This document shows positions 26,226-38,852 of a stretch of DNA of 64,000 nt, piece after piece. Both the position numbers and the translations under genes were made by a program. Where the stretch lies: positions 15,318,029 to 15,382,028 of the forward strand of contig MU054323.1 of assembly GCA_013239625.1 (NCBI GenBank), written 5' to 3'. The first letter of the stretch is position 1. Every line of letters starts with the position of its first letter. The notes beneath the pieces are model-generated. The model ran no database searches and was not told the origin of the DNA. It saw only the letters and a list, made by a program, of their open reading frames with translations. This DNA is from Lama guanicoe. Lineage: Eukaryota.

Positions 26226-28730
26226 TTTAACACTTTCCATCCATTAACTTTCAAGGCGTTACTTAAAGTGCAAGGAAGCAGTTGATTGAATGGAAGAATG
26301 AAAGGTCTTTCCCAAAGCTGTAGGCAGCTGTGGCTTGAGAGGTGCTGTCTCCCAGAGCAGTGGTTCCTAAACCCCAGAAACCACCAGACACTCCCAGGTG
26401 CTTGCTCTATACGTCGAGGCTGGGGCTCCCCTCCGTGCTGCCAGAGCAGATGTCTCAGGGGCAGAACAGGAACCTGAATATATAAGAAACTCCTGGGTTG
26501 ATTATTAGGAAGCCAGGGAGTCCATAGTCTACTTCAGGGGTCACTCCTGGTGGTGTACTTTGTATGGATTATATACAAATGTATAGTGACTTGTATCCAT
26601 CATTATAGTATCATACAGAGAATTTTCACTGCCCTAAAAGATCTCTTTACTCTGTCACCTTGATTTTAAATCTCTTCAACCCCAGTAGATATTAAGAGAT
26701 TTAAGTAAGTTCCAAATACATTCTAAAAGGATAGTTTTGTGTTGATTTTTAAATGTTTGAATAAAAATTTTGTGAGTAGCATTTGCTTCCAAGGAAATCT
26801 TAACTCTAGTTATCATCTCAAATGGCAGCAGATAAATAACCAAGTTTCCTTTTGAATTACGTCTTCAATAGAGACACTACTTTGAGGAACACTGTCTTAA
26901 AGGGGCTGTTGTTGCCTTTTCTTTTCTAACCCTGATGCCTAGATGAAATAGATTTCCTTTTACATCATCTTAAAAATGAAAACTGTATTCAGGCTCATGA
27001 ATGGAAGACACAGAATTTCCTGTTTTTCTTTATTCTAAAATGAAATACAAAAATCCTTTAAACATCTGTAGTGCAGACAAATAGAAAATTACTATGTTTA
27101 TGATACAGTATATAGTAATGTCAATAAAGAAATGAATGCCTGGAACCAGGAAAACAATAACTTTTGTTTAACCTCAAAATTCACACCTGATCTTGATATG
27201 ATTGTGGTGAACATGGTGACAGTGGACATGTACTCTAGGGTCCTGGACATTCGTTCTCTTCCTAGAAATCACAAGCCACAGGTCTGATCCACAGCCCCAG
27301 GAAGGCAGAGGAGGTACTGGTCACAAATCGGCTTAGTGAGGAAAGCACTTGAGGTGTGACAGTCAAAATTGGAAAGATGTCAAAATATGCCCATCCTGAG
27401 GTTAGCACTAAGGGCTGGCCCCCTCCTGCATGTTGTTCCTGAAAAACTTCAAAAACATCAAAAATATCCGGGCAGGCTGACCAGACAGATGGAAAGAGGG
27501 AAGACCTCCTTCAAATCTCATCTTTCTAAGCCACCATTTTCTTGTATGTGAATTTGGAGGAGTTTCCTTTCTCGTAGAGTTGCTGAAAGAGTTAAATGAG
27601 ATCATTTTTACGGTGTCCTTAACACTCTGGCTGGCCCATTGGAATGGAGAAAATACTTTAAAATTTTGCCATTATTATGCATCCAACAATAAATAAATTA
27701 GAAAAACACCGAAAAGGCTACAGGGCATAGTGAAAAGGAATGGGAAATTGTTAAATAGTGTTCTCTGGAAGCCTTTTAACAGTCACTACATTGCCCACAT
27801 CATCAAAGTGCCTGGATTTAAAATCAATAGATGCACAACATAATCAGATAGAAGCACTAAGGTCATTTATAGAGGAAGCAACCTGGTGAGTACACCTTTC
27901 ATTAATGTTCCAGGCAACAAATTTTACCCAAATACAGATGAGTTCACACCAAGCTCTTCCAAGGTGCCCACGTTCTCTGCTGCAGGAAAGCTAGGAAAAT
28001 CAGTTTATGTTCTTTCTGTAACAAACACCCGCTAATCGAAAGTAAAAGACTCTCTCTGGCCCTGCTTCCCAGGTACAAAGCACTATTTCTCTGATTAATG
28101 ATCCAGCTCCCCGCAAGAACTGCAATGCCAACATCCTCCGGTTTGAGCAGTCAGCTACCTCTGCCCAGGTGTTAACCCCGTGCCCTCATCCTGGGGGCAT
28201 TTGGTAATTAGCAGGGCTGGCAGGTGCCTGCACTTACTGTTGCTCCTGGTAGTTGAGCATATGTGTCAGGTCTCTGTTGGGGGAAGAAAGAGGGTGAAAC
28301 AAATGATTCACTCCAGCTCCATAAAGGCCAGCTCCTTAAAGAAAGAAAAAGCGAACTTTCTGCCTCGGTATTAAACTCGATCATGGTTTATCCGCCGAAA
28401 CCCCAACTAATTTGGAAGTTGGCTTTGGCACTTTCTCCTGCTCCCATTTAGCAAAACCTCCTCATGCTGGCGCTCTCCAAATATCTCCCTGTGAACGAGC
28501 TGTCCTCGGGGCCTTTGTGACCTGATTTTCTGCACTTGAAACCACCCTGTCTTGCATTGTACTGCATTTCCTCTTTCCTCCCTGACCTCCAAGGGAACGT
28601 GTAGCTAGGCTGATAAAAGTTAACTCTGCTGAGGTATGAGTGCCTAAGTGTTGTCTTCAGAGAAGAGAAAGGCATGGCAGCTCAAAAGAGAGATGAAATA
28701 GTTCCAGCTTGGGGGAAGTACTGCGGTGCT

Positions 28731-28815
28731 AAGGTTGCCAGATAAAACACAGGACATACAGCTAAATTTGAATTTCAGTCAACTAGTAAATACTTTCCTT
28801 AGTGTAAGTATAAAC
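28731..28815. mobile_element. MER53-like half element
   Basis: 'ggttgccagataaaacacaggacatacagctaaatttgaatttcag'. Confidence 0.75.
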
Positions 28816-28919
28816 ATGACAACTGATGGGCCGGGTTTTGTAGGGCAGGCAGGGTTTGAATTGCCCTGGAGACTGAGGGCAATGCATTCCAGGTGGAATG
28901 GGAAATACAGTTAGTTGTT

Positions 28920-29200
28920 TATTCAATTTTTGTACTTAAATATCACTTTCCCCAAAAAGTCTTCTGACCACGTTGTTTAAAATGGCAACCGCCCGTCCCT
29001 GCAGGATTTTTCTCCATAGCACTTATCACCATATGACATATCATGTGCTTATTTGGTTATTGTTTATTTCCCCTTTCTAGAAGACTACAGCAGGAAATGT
29101 CTTTTGTTCACTGCTGTATCCTCCATGCCTACAGCAATGGATGGCATGAAACAGGTGCTCAATTCACGTTTGTTGACTGAACAAAAGACAAAATGAATAA
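28920..29200 (+). mobile_element. L2 3' end
   Basis: 'ccatagcacttatcacc...ttgttcactgctgtatcc...aggtgctcaattcacgtttgttgactgaa'. Confidence 0.75.
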
Positions 29201-30454
29201 GCAAATAGATGAAGAAAATAGAAGGAAACTGGTTCATTTTCTTCCTCTCCTGACTGGCACTTGGTAAATGTTTAGTTCGTATTTGGCAAAATGTGCAAAC
29301 ACGAAAACAATCCCAACCCTGAAGTGGCATTCAAACTAAATGAGGAGAGAAAGACAGTAACAAAAGAAATACATGCTGGTAAAGAGATACAAATTTCACC
29401 GAGAATCATGAATAGTATAAGCAAAACCTTTTAATATTCACTGGAGTTGAAGAGATTTAAAATCAAGCTGATGGAGTAAAGAGAACTTTTAGGGCAGTAA
29501 AAGTTCTCTGTATGATACTGTAGTAACTTCTGCCAAGCCAGTGGCTATTGCAGTGGTTGAGGGACTCAAGTCAGCAGTGGCGACAGCACAGAAGTGGATC
29601 TGATCAGTGGTCTTCCAGGCAGAGGAGGAGACAAAGCCTCTAGTCCCTCTGGGCCTCCAGAGCAGCAGAATCCCTTGCCCTTGGACCGCTTCCCTCCACC
29701 AGCCATGTTGCCCCAGCAGGCAAATGCACAGCCTAGCATCCTGCTGCTCCTCTTGCTCCAAAGCAATGGCCAGCCCTGCAGATGGACTTCAGATGTACCA
29801 AGTGAAAGGAGGACGTGCATTGTGAGTACAAAGGGACGATGTATTGGGAAACAGAAATCAGGAAAATCTATTTCTGCATACCACCGTGGTAGTCAGGGAT
29901 TGCTGGGTGATTTCTCAGAATCAATCAGTGCTTACAAATCCTGTTCATGCCCCTTCCCCCCACCTCAGGAGAGGCCTGCACAGTTGTAACATCTCCTATA
30001 ATAAAGTCAGACCTGGTCCCTGTCGATCTATCTCCCCATGTAATATGCTCCCTGTCAAGAAAGATGCATGTGTCTATAGATGCTAATTGACAGGCAGCTT
30101 CAAGATAGGAACATCTCAGAAAGGAAGGATTCAATGGCCCTGCCATTTAACAGCTACTAGATCACTAAGACCATTTATCACCTCGCTAATACAGTGAGTG
30201 TATCCTGAGGCTTTTGGAATGTACAGGCCACCGACCTGCTAAAAGAAAATTAAAATTAAAAAAATTAACAAGTACATTCAGAGCTGTTTTTAGATAGATG
30301 TGCATTTGTGCCTCTAGTGTCCTATTTTTCTACTTTTCAGTGACATTTCAAGGCCTTAATTCTCTGTTATTAAATTGTCAGTCACTGTCTTTTATGTGCT
30401 TGTGACACTTAGACTAATATTGCCTGAAAAAAAAAAGAAAAAAGGAAGTAAATA

Positions 30455-30655
30455 TTAACTAGTATGTATAAAATAGATAAACAGCAAGTTTCTTCTGTAT
30501 AGCATAGGGAACTATATTCAATATCCTGTAGTAACCTATAATAAAAATATGAGAATGAATATATGTGTGTATATGGATGACTGAAACATTATGTTGTACA
30601 CCAGAATTTGACACAACATTGTAAACTCACTATACTTCAATAAAAAAAAAAAAGA
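30455..30655 (+). mobile_element. L1 3' end with poly(A), followed by a purine-rich (GGAA-like) tract to about 30735
   Basis: 'tataaaatagataaacagcaagtttcttctgtatagcatagggaactatattcaata...tatacttcaataaaaaaaa'. Confidence 0.88.
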
Positions 30656-33559
30656 AGGAAAGGAGAGAGGGAGGAATGGAGGAAGGAGAAAAGTAAAAGA
30701 AAGGACAGGAAGGAAGGGGAAGAGGAAGAGAAAACTTAAGATATAACCAAGTTAGTGTTTCTATAGAAACAGTAAACAATAAGAAAATAAAGCCAAAACC
30801 CCAGTATGATATAAGACTCTGCTATCTTAGAGTCTACATATCTTTAAAACAGTGGAAACTTAACTTTACTGGAATAAACCTGATTAACAAACTAGAACTC
30901 TTTAAAGATGTGCTCACTGGCAAATTCCCAGAGTCTAGCAGAGGATCTGACATGTGGCAGGCACTCAATAAATATGAACTGACTGGATAAATGAATTAAT
31001 TGAATTAATTTACATATCTTGGTCAAGAAAAGTATCACATGACCGTATTCTTACTCAAAATGTTTTGTATAAATAGAACAAAAAATGGAGCATAGAACTT
31101 TCCATTTAATTAAACTAAAACACTATGACAATGAGGATAAGAAAAAAGTCAATCTTTGTCCAATCCTTGCTTAGCTCAAAGTGGAGTGTGACACTCATAA
31201 CTTGGGATGGCACCACTGCCTGGACACTAACATCTCTGGGAAGAAAATAAAACCTGCTCCTAGTCAATACTGAGTCCCAGTCAACCCCTAATTGTGTGTT
31301 CCTTCTGGAAGGACTGCCCATCTGTGCTCCATTCAGTGGAGCATATAGCCCAGATGGTCTTTCCCATTGACCAACCGTGTTGGCAGCATAACACCATTAC
31401 AGTTTTGGAAGAAGATGGACACACTTCTTAATCTGATACTATAAGCTTAACTAGGCCAATGGGTTTTGCATGGTTATTTCAGTCCTTACTCCTTTCAGCA
31501 ATTGATTGCCTTAATTCTAGGAGGACTTCACAGCATCCATTAGAATCCAGCAGTCTGTAGTGTTCCAAATTCTTGGTGTTCCTCAGAGAAGAATCATGTT
31601 AGCAGGAGGTAGAGGCCAGGATGATGCTGAGGGAGGGAGATGACATTGAGCAAGGACAAGCAGGGTGCAGTGATTAGGTGTCATTCTTGCCTCCTACCAG
31701 AGATTTCAACCTACAGATCTTAGTGAGCTTGTCCCACACAATTCAACTTGCTAGTATGAGGAAAGGCACTTAAAGGAAAAAGACACTGAATACAATTCAG
31801 AATGTTCCCTGCCTGGGCTGCAGTGCCTGGTGACAGGAACCCAGCTGACAGGTAGTATGGTGTCTTCAAGGCCACATGTGGGAGCAAATCAGTGTAGCAG
31901 CTCTTAGAGTGGAAGCAGAAAGATGAGAAATTGAATTAAGAAAGAAAAGGATTCAGAAATCTTGCATTGTGGGATCTGTTGAGACCCTCACTTGCTTTTC
32001 CTTTCTCTTTTTCCATAAAAATAATAATTTTATCTTAACATTCAACTTGCAGGTATTGTGCCCTTTCAGGGTTATAAAGTTAAATAAAACATTGTTCATC
32101 AAATATTTCCTGAGCCTCTCCTCTGTGCCAGGCATGGGGCTAAGCACTGAAGACACAGAAGTGAGTAAGACACAAAACTCCCTCCTGGGGCTTCCCAGGG
32201 AGGATAGGAGTTCTCAATCAGAGTCTACAGACTCGTTGAATGTGAATCCAGGGCTATCAACTCTCCTTTCAGAACATCCATGTGACGAATTATGAGTGAA
32301 TTTTCCATGATTTATGGAATCTCCAACCCTGAAGTTTCTTTTGGATCAGAAGCTTGAAAGACAACTAGATACAGTCCAAAATGTCAGTTGGCCATATTAA
32401 CTAAAGGTTGCCACCCAATGAGCTAGAGAAGTATAAAAAATTTCCTGATAGAAATGTAACCTAGCTTTTCCAGGCCCTTTGAGCCTATGGGTACAGATGG
32501 CATCCCAGAAGCAACAATAATGCACATCTCACTGGCTTTTACCCCTATCTACTTGAAAGGCGTAAATCCTCCTCTACTTGTATCTGGGAACGCCCCAGTG
32601 ACTCTTGAGATCAGGAACCTGTCTGTGAAGTACACATCCTGCCATGTTCTTCTCATCTTCTCCTCCACTTGATGTCCACTTCATTGAACGAGTCTCTTTT
32701 ATCAGTGGTATCGCTCTCAAGAGAATATTCATATCTGTGACACCTGTGCCCTCCCAAAGATGCCAACCGTTGAGATGCCAAAAAGGCCCTGGGAGCGATG
32801 GGGTGATTGTCTCTCACCCACTTCTGTCATATACCATGTGTGTCCATATAACTCACAGAGCCCTCGTGGAAAGCAATCCTTCAGTTCCTGCTCCTCTTCC
32901 TCCCATGCACATTAACTCAATGAAACAGTTATCCTGTGTGCCTCCCGCCCTCTAAAAGGACAAGCCCAGATGTGTTTGAACCCAGTAACCAGCAAAGCTT
33001 AGGTTTCAAATGGAGCCCTTGATGAAGATGAATTCTGGACTTTCGTGGGAGAGTCACTAAATATAAGCTTGGTTCATTTAGTCTTCAAAAAATACAGAAC
33101 ACATATTAAGTGCTGGATACTGGGAATATATTGATAGATTTTTTTTAAAAGACATACTTAGTCCTTGTGCTTATAGAACTAGTAACTTCAACCAATAAAT
33201 TTAAAATTACTAATTAAGACCATGTGTTATGAAGGAAGTGAGTTGTGGGGAGAGGAGTTTTCATAGGCCTACTAAAACGCTGTCAATGTCCTGGTGCCAG
33301 TTTGAGAGTTTCTCACAATGCTTTATTGTCTGCTGTGTGCTGGCTAGTGCAGAGCTGCTGAGTTGGAACAAAACATCATCTAGGTGATTCTTACAACTCA
33401 ACAGGTTCTACAGAAGGTAGCACCCTGTACTTTCCCGTCTCAGTGATAAGCCACAGACTACTGTTAGATCACTGAAAAGGACCTGGAACTGCTCTCAAGC
33501 TCCTTGACTCAAAAGATTACACTGCGCTCTTTGTGTGTGGCTTTGAGATGTTAAGTCCT

Positions 33560-33680
33560 TCCATGTTGGTGCTGTCTGCAAACTTGATAATGCTCATAAT
33601 TGCATTATCCAGGTTAGTGATTAAAAAATAAAATACTAATCCAGAGTCATCCACTGACAACGTCAACCCAGGTGGATAGA
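33560..33680 (-). mobile_element. CR1/L3 RT fragment
   Basis: 'tgtctgcaaacttgataat...atccaggttagtgattaaaa' is the antisense of the IND(L)D...IKFADD region. Confidence 0.5.
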
Positions 33681-34862
33681 GAGTAAGTGAGTACTACTAT
33701 AAAAACCACTTCTTGTTGATGTTAATGCAATAAGAAATGAAATAAAACCCACCAAGATCCAGACTTGCTATCTGTATTGCCTTCTCCCTCAGCTCACTCC
33801 CCTTCTCATGTGATCGGCAATTCTGAATGACTGAGATGACCACGAAGTATTTTCAGGTCTTACCTATACTTACCAAGTCAAGTGTTTATTCATTTATGAT
33901 CCCACATCACAGGCATGTCGGTTTTTTCCACTGGTGATTTTTTTGTGTCGAACTCTGTGTGAACTGAGTTGCCAGGAGCTGTTTTCACAGTTAACAGCAC
34001 TGCAGCTTTGGTTTTGCATCACATTGTAATCAATATTTTCCTGAGACTTTATGTAAATCAATTACTTTAAAAGCTAATAACATATCCCAATGACTCAATT
34101 ATAATTTCCAAGAATGGTTCCCACTGGGACTATGTTGGCCACAACACATAAAACCTTCACATTTAGCAAGCACCCTGTCTTTACCAATGCATGATCTGTT
34201 GCCATTTAGCAGCCTGCCCTATAATGTGTTAGGCAAATGGACAGATCAGTTCACATGGTCTTTAGTCACCAGTTGATAATGCATTCATTCAAATATGTCA
34301 CAATAAATCAGCATTGTGTTAGATGCTCTCAGTGATCTGGAAAACCCTAGTGTTTAAGAATTCACAAAGTTCATGCTATTGTTCTAGGTATTTTATACCA
34401 CCTGTCTTGTCTAAATAAATGTCCTTTTAAGCAACGCCCAAGTATGTAGAAAGATATAACTGAGCATTTTAGTGCAATTATGCAATTATTTTTGAATTGT
34501 TAAATATTAATTGACCATTTATTTGCTGATTGAATAAACTCCACAGCCAAATTAAATTTCTAATAAAGTGTACTGATGGATATGTTTCCATCTGGAAACA
34601 ACAGCTGTTTAACCAAAAAAAAAAAAATGCATTTTCAAGGAACACACAGCTGATATGGAAGTTAAACATGTAAATAAAAATATCTAAAGTATCATACATA
34701 CAATGTGAAACTTACAAATGAAATACAATTGTCACAAGAAAATAAGAAATATAATCAGAAATGTAATTAGCATTTTATCAGATTACATATTGTCACAGTG
34801 GTTGCTGTACTCCCTCCAATAGGAGTTGGAAGGAAAGGGAGCCCAAGAAGATGAGCATCCAT

Positions 34863-34915
34863 ACACACACGAATACACACACTCACACTCACACTCACAC
34901 ACACACACACACACA
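34863..34915 (+). repeat. (CA)n / (CACACT)n microsatellite
   Basis: Seen directly. Confidence 0.95.
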
Positions 34916-35139
34916 TCTGCATGTAGAATAGCTACATGTGGTAAGTTCAGGACAGGAAACTCCATAGTAGCAGGGTTTGAATAGCAGGGTTTCATTGCTG
35001 TTCAGCTACTTCCTCTAGTCCATGTTCATTCCAAGAAAAAGTGGATTCACATGCTGGTAGAGGATCTCACTCTGAAAATTGCAAACTCTGCTCCTTCACA
35101 TGGATCCTTGAAACAAAGAGAATAGGCAGTGATCTTTTT

Positions 35140-35500
35140 CATGCTAAGTATACCTCTTGGCCCACCTAGCAAATTCTTACTCATCATTTACACCCCAGCC
35201 CAGTCACTACCTCTTCTGCAATAACTTTCACGTCCCTGATTGCCGCCCCCCAGCAGAAACGAACATTTTATACACATTTTACTCAGATACCTGTAGCTCC
35301 CTGTAAACTATCCTATCTCCCTCAAGTGCTCTTAAGAGATTACATTGGGATTGTTTATAAATCTGTCTCCTCCCTGGTTCAAGAGCCCATTAGGACTATG
35401 AATTGTATCCATGAATTTTCAACTTCTATCTCCAGTGTCTCACACAACACCTGGCACAGGGTAGACAAACATTCAATAAGTATTTGTTGAGCTTGTTAAA
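35140..35500 (+). mobile_element. L2 3' region
   Basis: 'aaattcttactcatc...tctgtctcctccc...acctggcacagggtagac...tcaataagtatttgttga'. Confidence 0.65.
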
Positions 35501-36323
35501 TAGAGAAATTAAATTAAAATTGATGAGAGCCTCATTTCTCACCTCTGCCAGAGAGAATCGAGTGGGATTGATCTGATACTTTCACTCTTGACTTCACTGA
35601 GTCGTTCTGTATTTCTATGTTGTAGTTCTCAATTATTTTTGAATACTTCCCTTGCCATTACCGTGACCTAATCATGCATATTTTTATGAAAGTGTGTTCG
35701 CTCTCATCTGTATGAATGGACGGAGTAAAATGAAGAGTGGGGGAAGGTATCATTACACGGCAGTAGGAGTGCAAAATGCAGCATCTTTCAAACCTTGGCA
35801 TCCGAATATTCACAGGCAGGTCATTTAAGTTCTGTGATCTTCAGTTTCCTGATTTGTAAACGGGAGGATGAGAATACCTCCCTCTGGGTGTGGTTGTGGG
35901 AATCAGAGCTGTTATATAAAAAGCCCTGACCGAGCACCTGGTACACAGTAGGTTCTCCATAAATCAAAATACTAGTGTGTGCAAAAGCACTTTGTAAGCT
36001 GTAGAGCATGATGCAGATGCTAGTTACTGCGTTGCCCCCCAGCCTGGTACTTCAGGCTCTCTAGACTCATCATAACTGTAATATGTAGAAAAGTGTCCAG
36101 GAAGACGTCATAGTAAAGCCAGGTCCATAGTAACCAAAGAAGGAAAAACAGAAAAGGCAGTGCACACCTGATTGCTTTTTGTTATCTTCATGTGCTTTAT
36201 GGATGACCAAAAGCCTCCTCCCATTTACCACCAGCAAGAGTCCTGTGACAATTAAACAAGTCTTTATATCCCTAGAAGTCCCAGGTAATTGCCTTATTCT
36301 ACTTACACATGGCCCTCACTCCA

Positions 36324-36378
36324 GGGCGGAGACCTCAGCTGCGGCTGCCTGGGTCACGTGACCTCTGGACACGTGACC
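36324..36378. promoter_or_regulatory. Candidate promoter/enhancer: GC box plus two CACGTG E-boxes, one a perfect GGTCACGTGACC palindrome (CLEAR-type)
   Basis: GGGCGG at 36324-36329; GGTCACGTGACC at 36352-36363; GGACACGTGACC at 36367-36378; local CpG retention. Motif evidence only. Confidence 0.45.
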
Positions 36379-37169
36379 GCTTGGGCCTGGGGCTGCTCTT
36401 TTCGTCCCTCGGTCCTCCTCCATCAGCCAGAAATGGAGCTGCCCTTCAGACACTGGGGATGCAAACAACCAAACCTACCTCAGCTAGTTTGTCAGGAAAG
36501 CGGTCAGGCCTCCAGAAAGAAGTAGAACCAGAAACTGGAACTACTGTAGAAATCTGGAAGAGGCGTTGCCTTTCTCAGCTCTGCTTCTCTTTTCTTGTCT
36601 GATTCATGCAGTCTCCCTTCTCCATGACCTGCTTTCTCGGTTTCTCAATTCACAGTCAATAACCTCCTTTCCTACCCCTTAGACCTCTGTCTCCCATCAG
36701 TGCTCAGTTTCCCCACAACCCTCCGTTCTGGATTCACAGAAAAATTAACTGGCTTCTCTGAATCAGGTGTGCGCCTTGTTCTCCTCAATAAATGATGGGA
36801 AAGGATGGGAGAGCTTCACATGCTGTGACCATGGGAGTCAGAGCGGCCCCTGCAGATGTGTGGGCCGTTCTCATGAGCAATGATGATTATAGGGGTAATC
36901 GGGTGCACCTGCAGGGAGGTACCATATTGGGGGGTCCAGAGTATAGGCAGTTAAGTAATATCAGAAACCCTCAAGTCATGTTATGTAGATTTTAATCTAA
37001 CTACCACCCCACTCCCTGACCAATGGCAGCTCAGATTTTAAACCATCAGTAAGCTGCGGGACTGGCCCCCTTTGCCTTCATTCTTTTTAGACGCTATCTG
37101 TGTGCTGCTAAGTCACCTTGTTAGTCCTGCTTCTGATTTTTAGAGGGAGACTACATGGTAGCAGGACCA

Positions 37170-37570
37170 GGCCTGCATCTGAGTTCTGATTCCATGACCT
37201 GAGTAAGTCTCGCTTCTCCTCACAGCTTCAGGGCACACAACTGTAAGACGCGGATGGTGGCATCTGCCCTGCCTACTCTTGGGATGGTTAGGACAGTGTC
37301 TACAGATACGTGTTATAAAAACATTTTGAAAACTATAAAGCATTTTATGAATGTCAGTAAGTGCTAGGGCTCTGAGGTCCCTCTGATCTGAATTTAAATC
37401 CTGGCTCTAATTCGTGTGTCACTCTGGGCAAGTTATCCTAGCCCTCTGAGCCTTGGTTTCTTTGTCTGTAAAACTGACATAAAAATACTACCTCACAGGT
37501 TTATTATGAGTGTTAAGTGTTATGATGTTGACAAAATGCTTTGTACAGGGTCTGGCATTCAATAATTCTT
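37170..37570 (+). mobile_element. Two adjacent MIR fragments
   Basis: 'ctgagttctgattcc...' and 'gaatttaaatcctggctct...ctgggcaagtta...ctctgagccttggtttctttgtctgtaaaa'. Confidence 0.7.
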
Positions 37571-37739
37571 CATTAGCATAACACATTATTAATACCTATT
37601 GGGGCTGTAGATTGAACTTCTATCCAAAAGTAACAAAATTTTGGTTACCTTTTTTACTAGAAAATAAGTATAGACTTTGACCCCAGAGGAGCCTACTTTC
37701 CTGTCTCCACAGACTATTTGCTTCTCAGGTGGACTCTTT

Positions 37740-37895
37740 TCTGGGTTGGTAAACACGTGGAGGGTCTAGGAGGGCGGTGAGCCTGGAGAGAGCATGGGAG
37801 CCCCCGGCCCTTCCCCTATACCTTGCCCTATGCGTTTTTTTTTCCCCCTTTGGCTGTTCTCGAGTTGAATTCTTTCACCACAAATTGGTAATGTA
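37740..37895 (+). mobile_element. MER21-like LTR 3' fragment
   Basis: 'ctgggttggtaaacacgtggag...cctggagagagcatgggagc...ccttcccctataccttgccctatgc'; homologous to 42030-42180. Confidence 0.7.
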
Positions 37896-38336
37896 ATTTC
37901 AGAGTGAAGTTTAGTGCTACATGCATTAAAATATCAAAGCTATTGTCAGAAACAAAGTTTTAAGTTGAATTGTGTATTTCCTCAATGTCCATCCTGATGG
38001 CTTCTGCCATTTCAGATGCAACAGTTAGCTGAACTGGGAGGAGCCTGCAACAACAAAGGGAACCAAGGTGGAGCAGTTTAATTAATCATCCTTCTTAAAT
38101 TTGCCATTGATATAAATCAACCAGTGCAGAGTCAGCTGCCAGTAAGTGGCACACACTAGTCCCATGGCACCTAGGCACCTCACACGCCTGCTGTGGGAAA
38201 TCAGTTCTCCCCTGGCATCCAGGAACCTGTTCAGCATCCTGATGCCATCCGCAGCCTTCCACATCTACTTTCCTTACTGGTAATGTCAATTGCTTGTCAT
38301 GCAGCCAAACATGACTATTAATTTTTTTAAAATATT

Positions 38337-38393
38337 ATTCTATCTGTGTATTTATAACACTTAAAACACTTGTTATAAATACACAGATAGAAT
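38337..38393. repeat. Perfect 23-bp inverted repeat with an 11-nt loop
   Basis: ATTCTATCTGTGTATTTATAACA (38337-38359) / TGTTATAAATACACAGATAGAAT (38371-38393). Confidence 0.97.
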
Positions 38394-38395
38394 GA

Positions 38396-38852
38396 TTGCT
38401 CTATTTAAGCAGATATCTGCACCCATCTGGAATCCTCCTCTTAGTCCTGCTTCTGACTTTTTGAATAACATAGGCAAAAAAATGGTCTAGTGATGACATT
38501 TGGAAGTCTTCTGTCATTTCAATCCCAAATGTTTCCCTTTGGAAGGGAAAACCATTTCCAGTTTTCGTGACTCTCCTGTGTCATAGTTTGAACCTCATTT
38601 CCTGTCTTGCTCATTATCCTCTGAACCCCTTGTTTTCTAATAATCCTCAAAGCTTAGCACTCAAAACCAAGCATTATACTCAAAGAATAAGAGGTTGAGG
38701 AGAAAGGGAAATCTCCTAGAATAAAATGGGGTCAGGCATGTGGGTAAGGATGTCTTGGATGCTAAATTCCTTTAGTGTGTATTTTACAATCCAGCCTTTT
38801 ATTCTAAGAGGAGAATTCCAAATGGGTACAGATATCTGCCTAAATAGAGCAA
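38396..38852. repeat. 49-bp inverted repeat pair (38396-38444 and 38804-38852), 45/49 identical
   Basis: TTGCTCTATTTAAGCAGATATCTGCACCCATCTGGAATCCTCCTCTTAG versus the reverse complement of CTAAGAGGAGAATTCCAAATGGGTACAGATATCTGCCTAAATAGAGCAA; four transitions. Confidence 0.95.
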
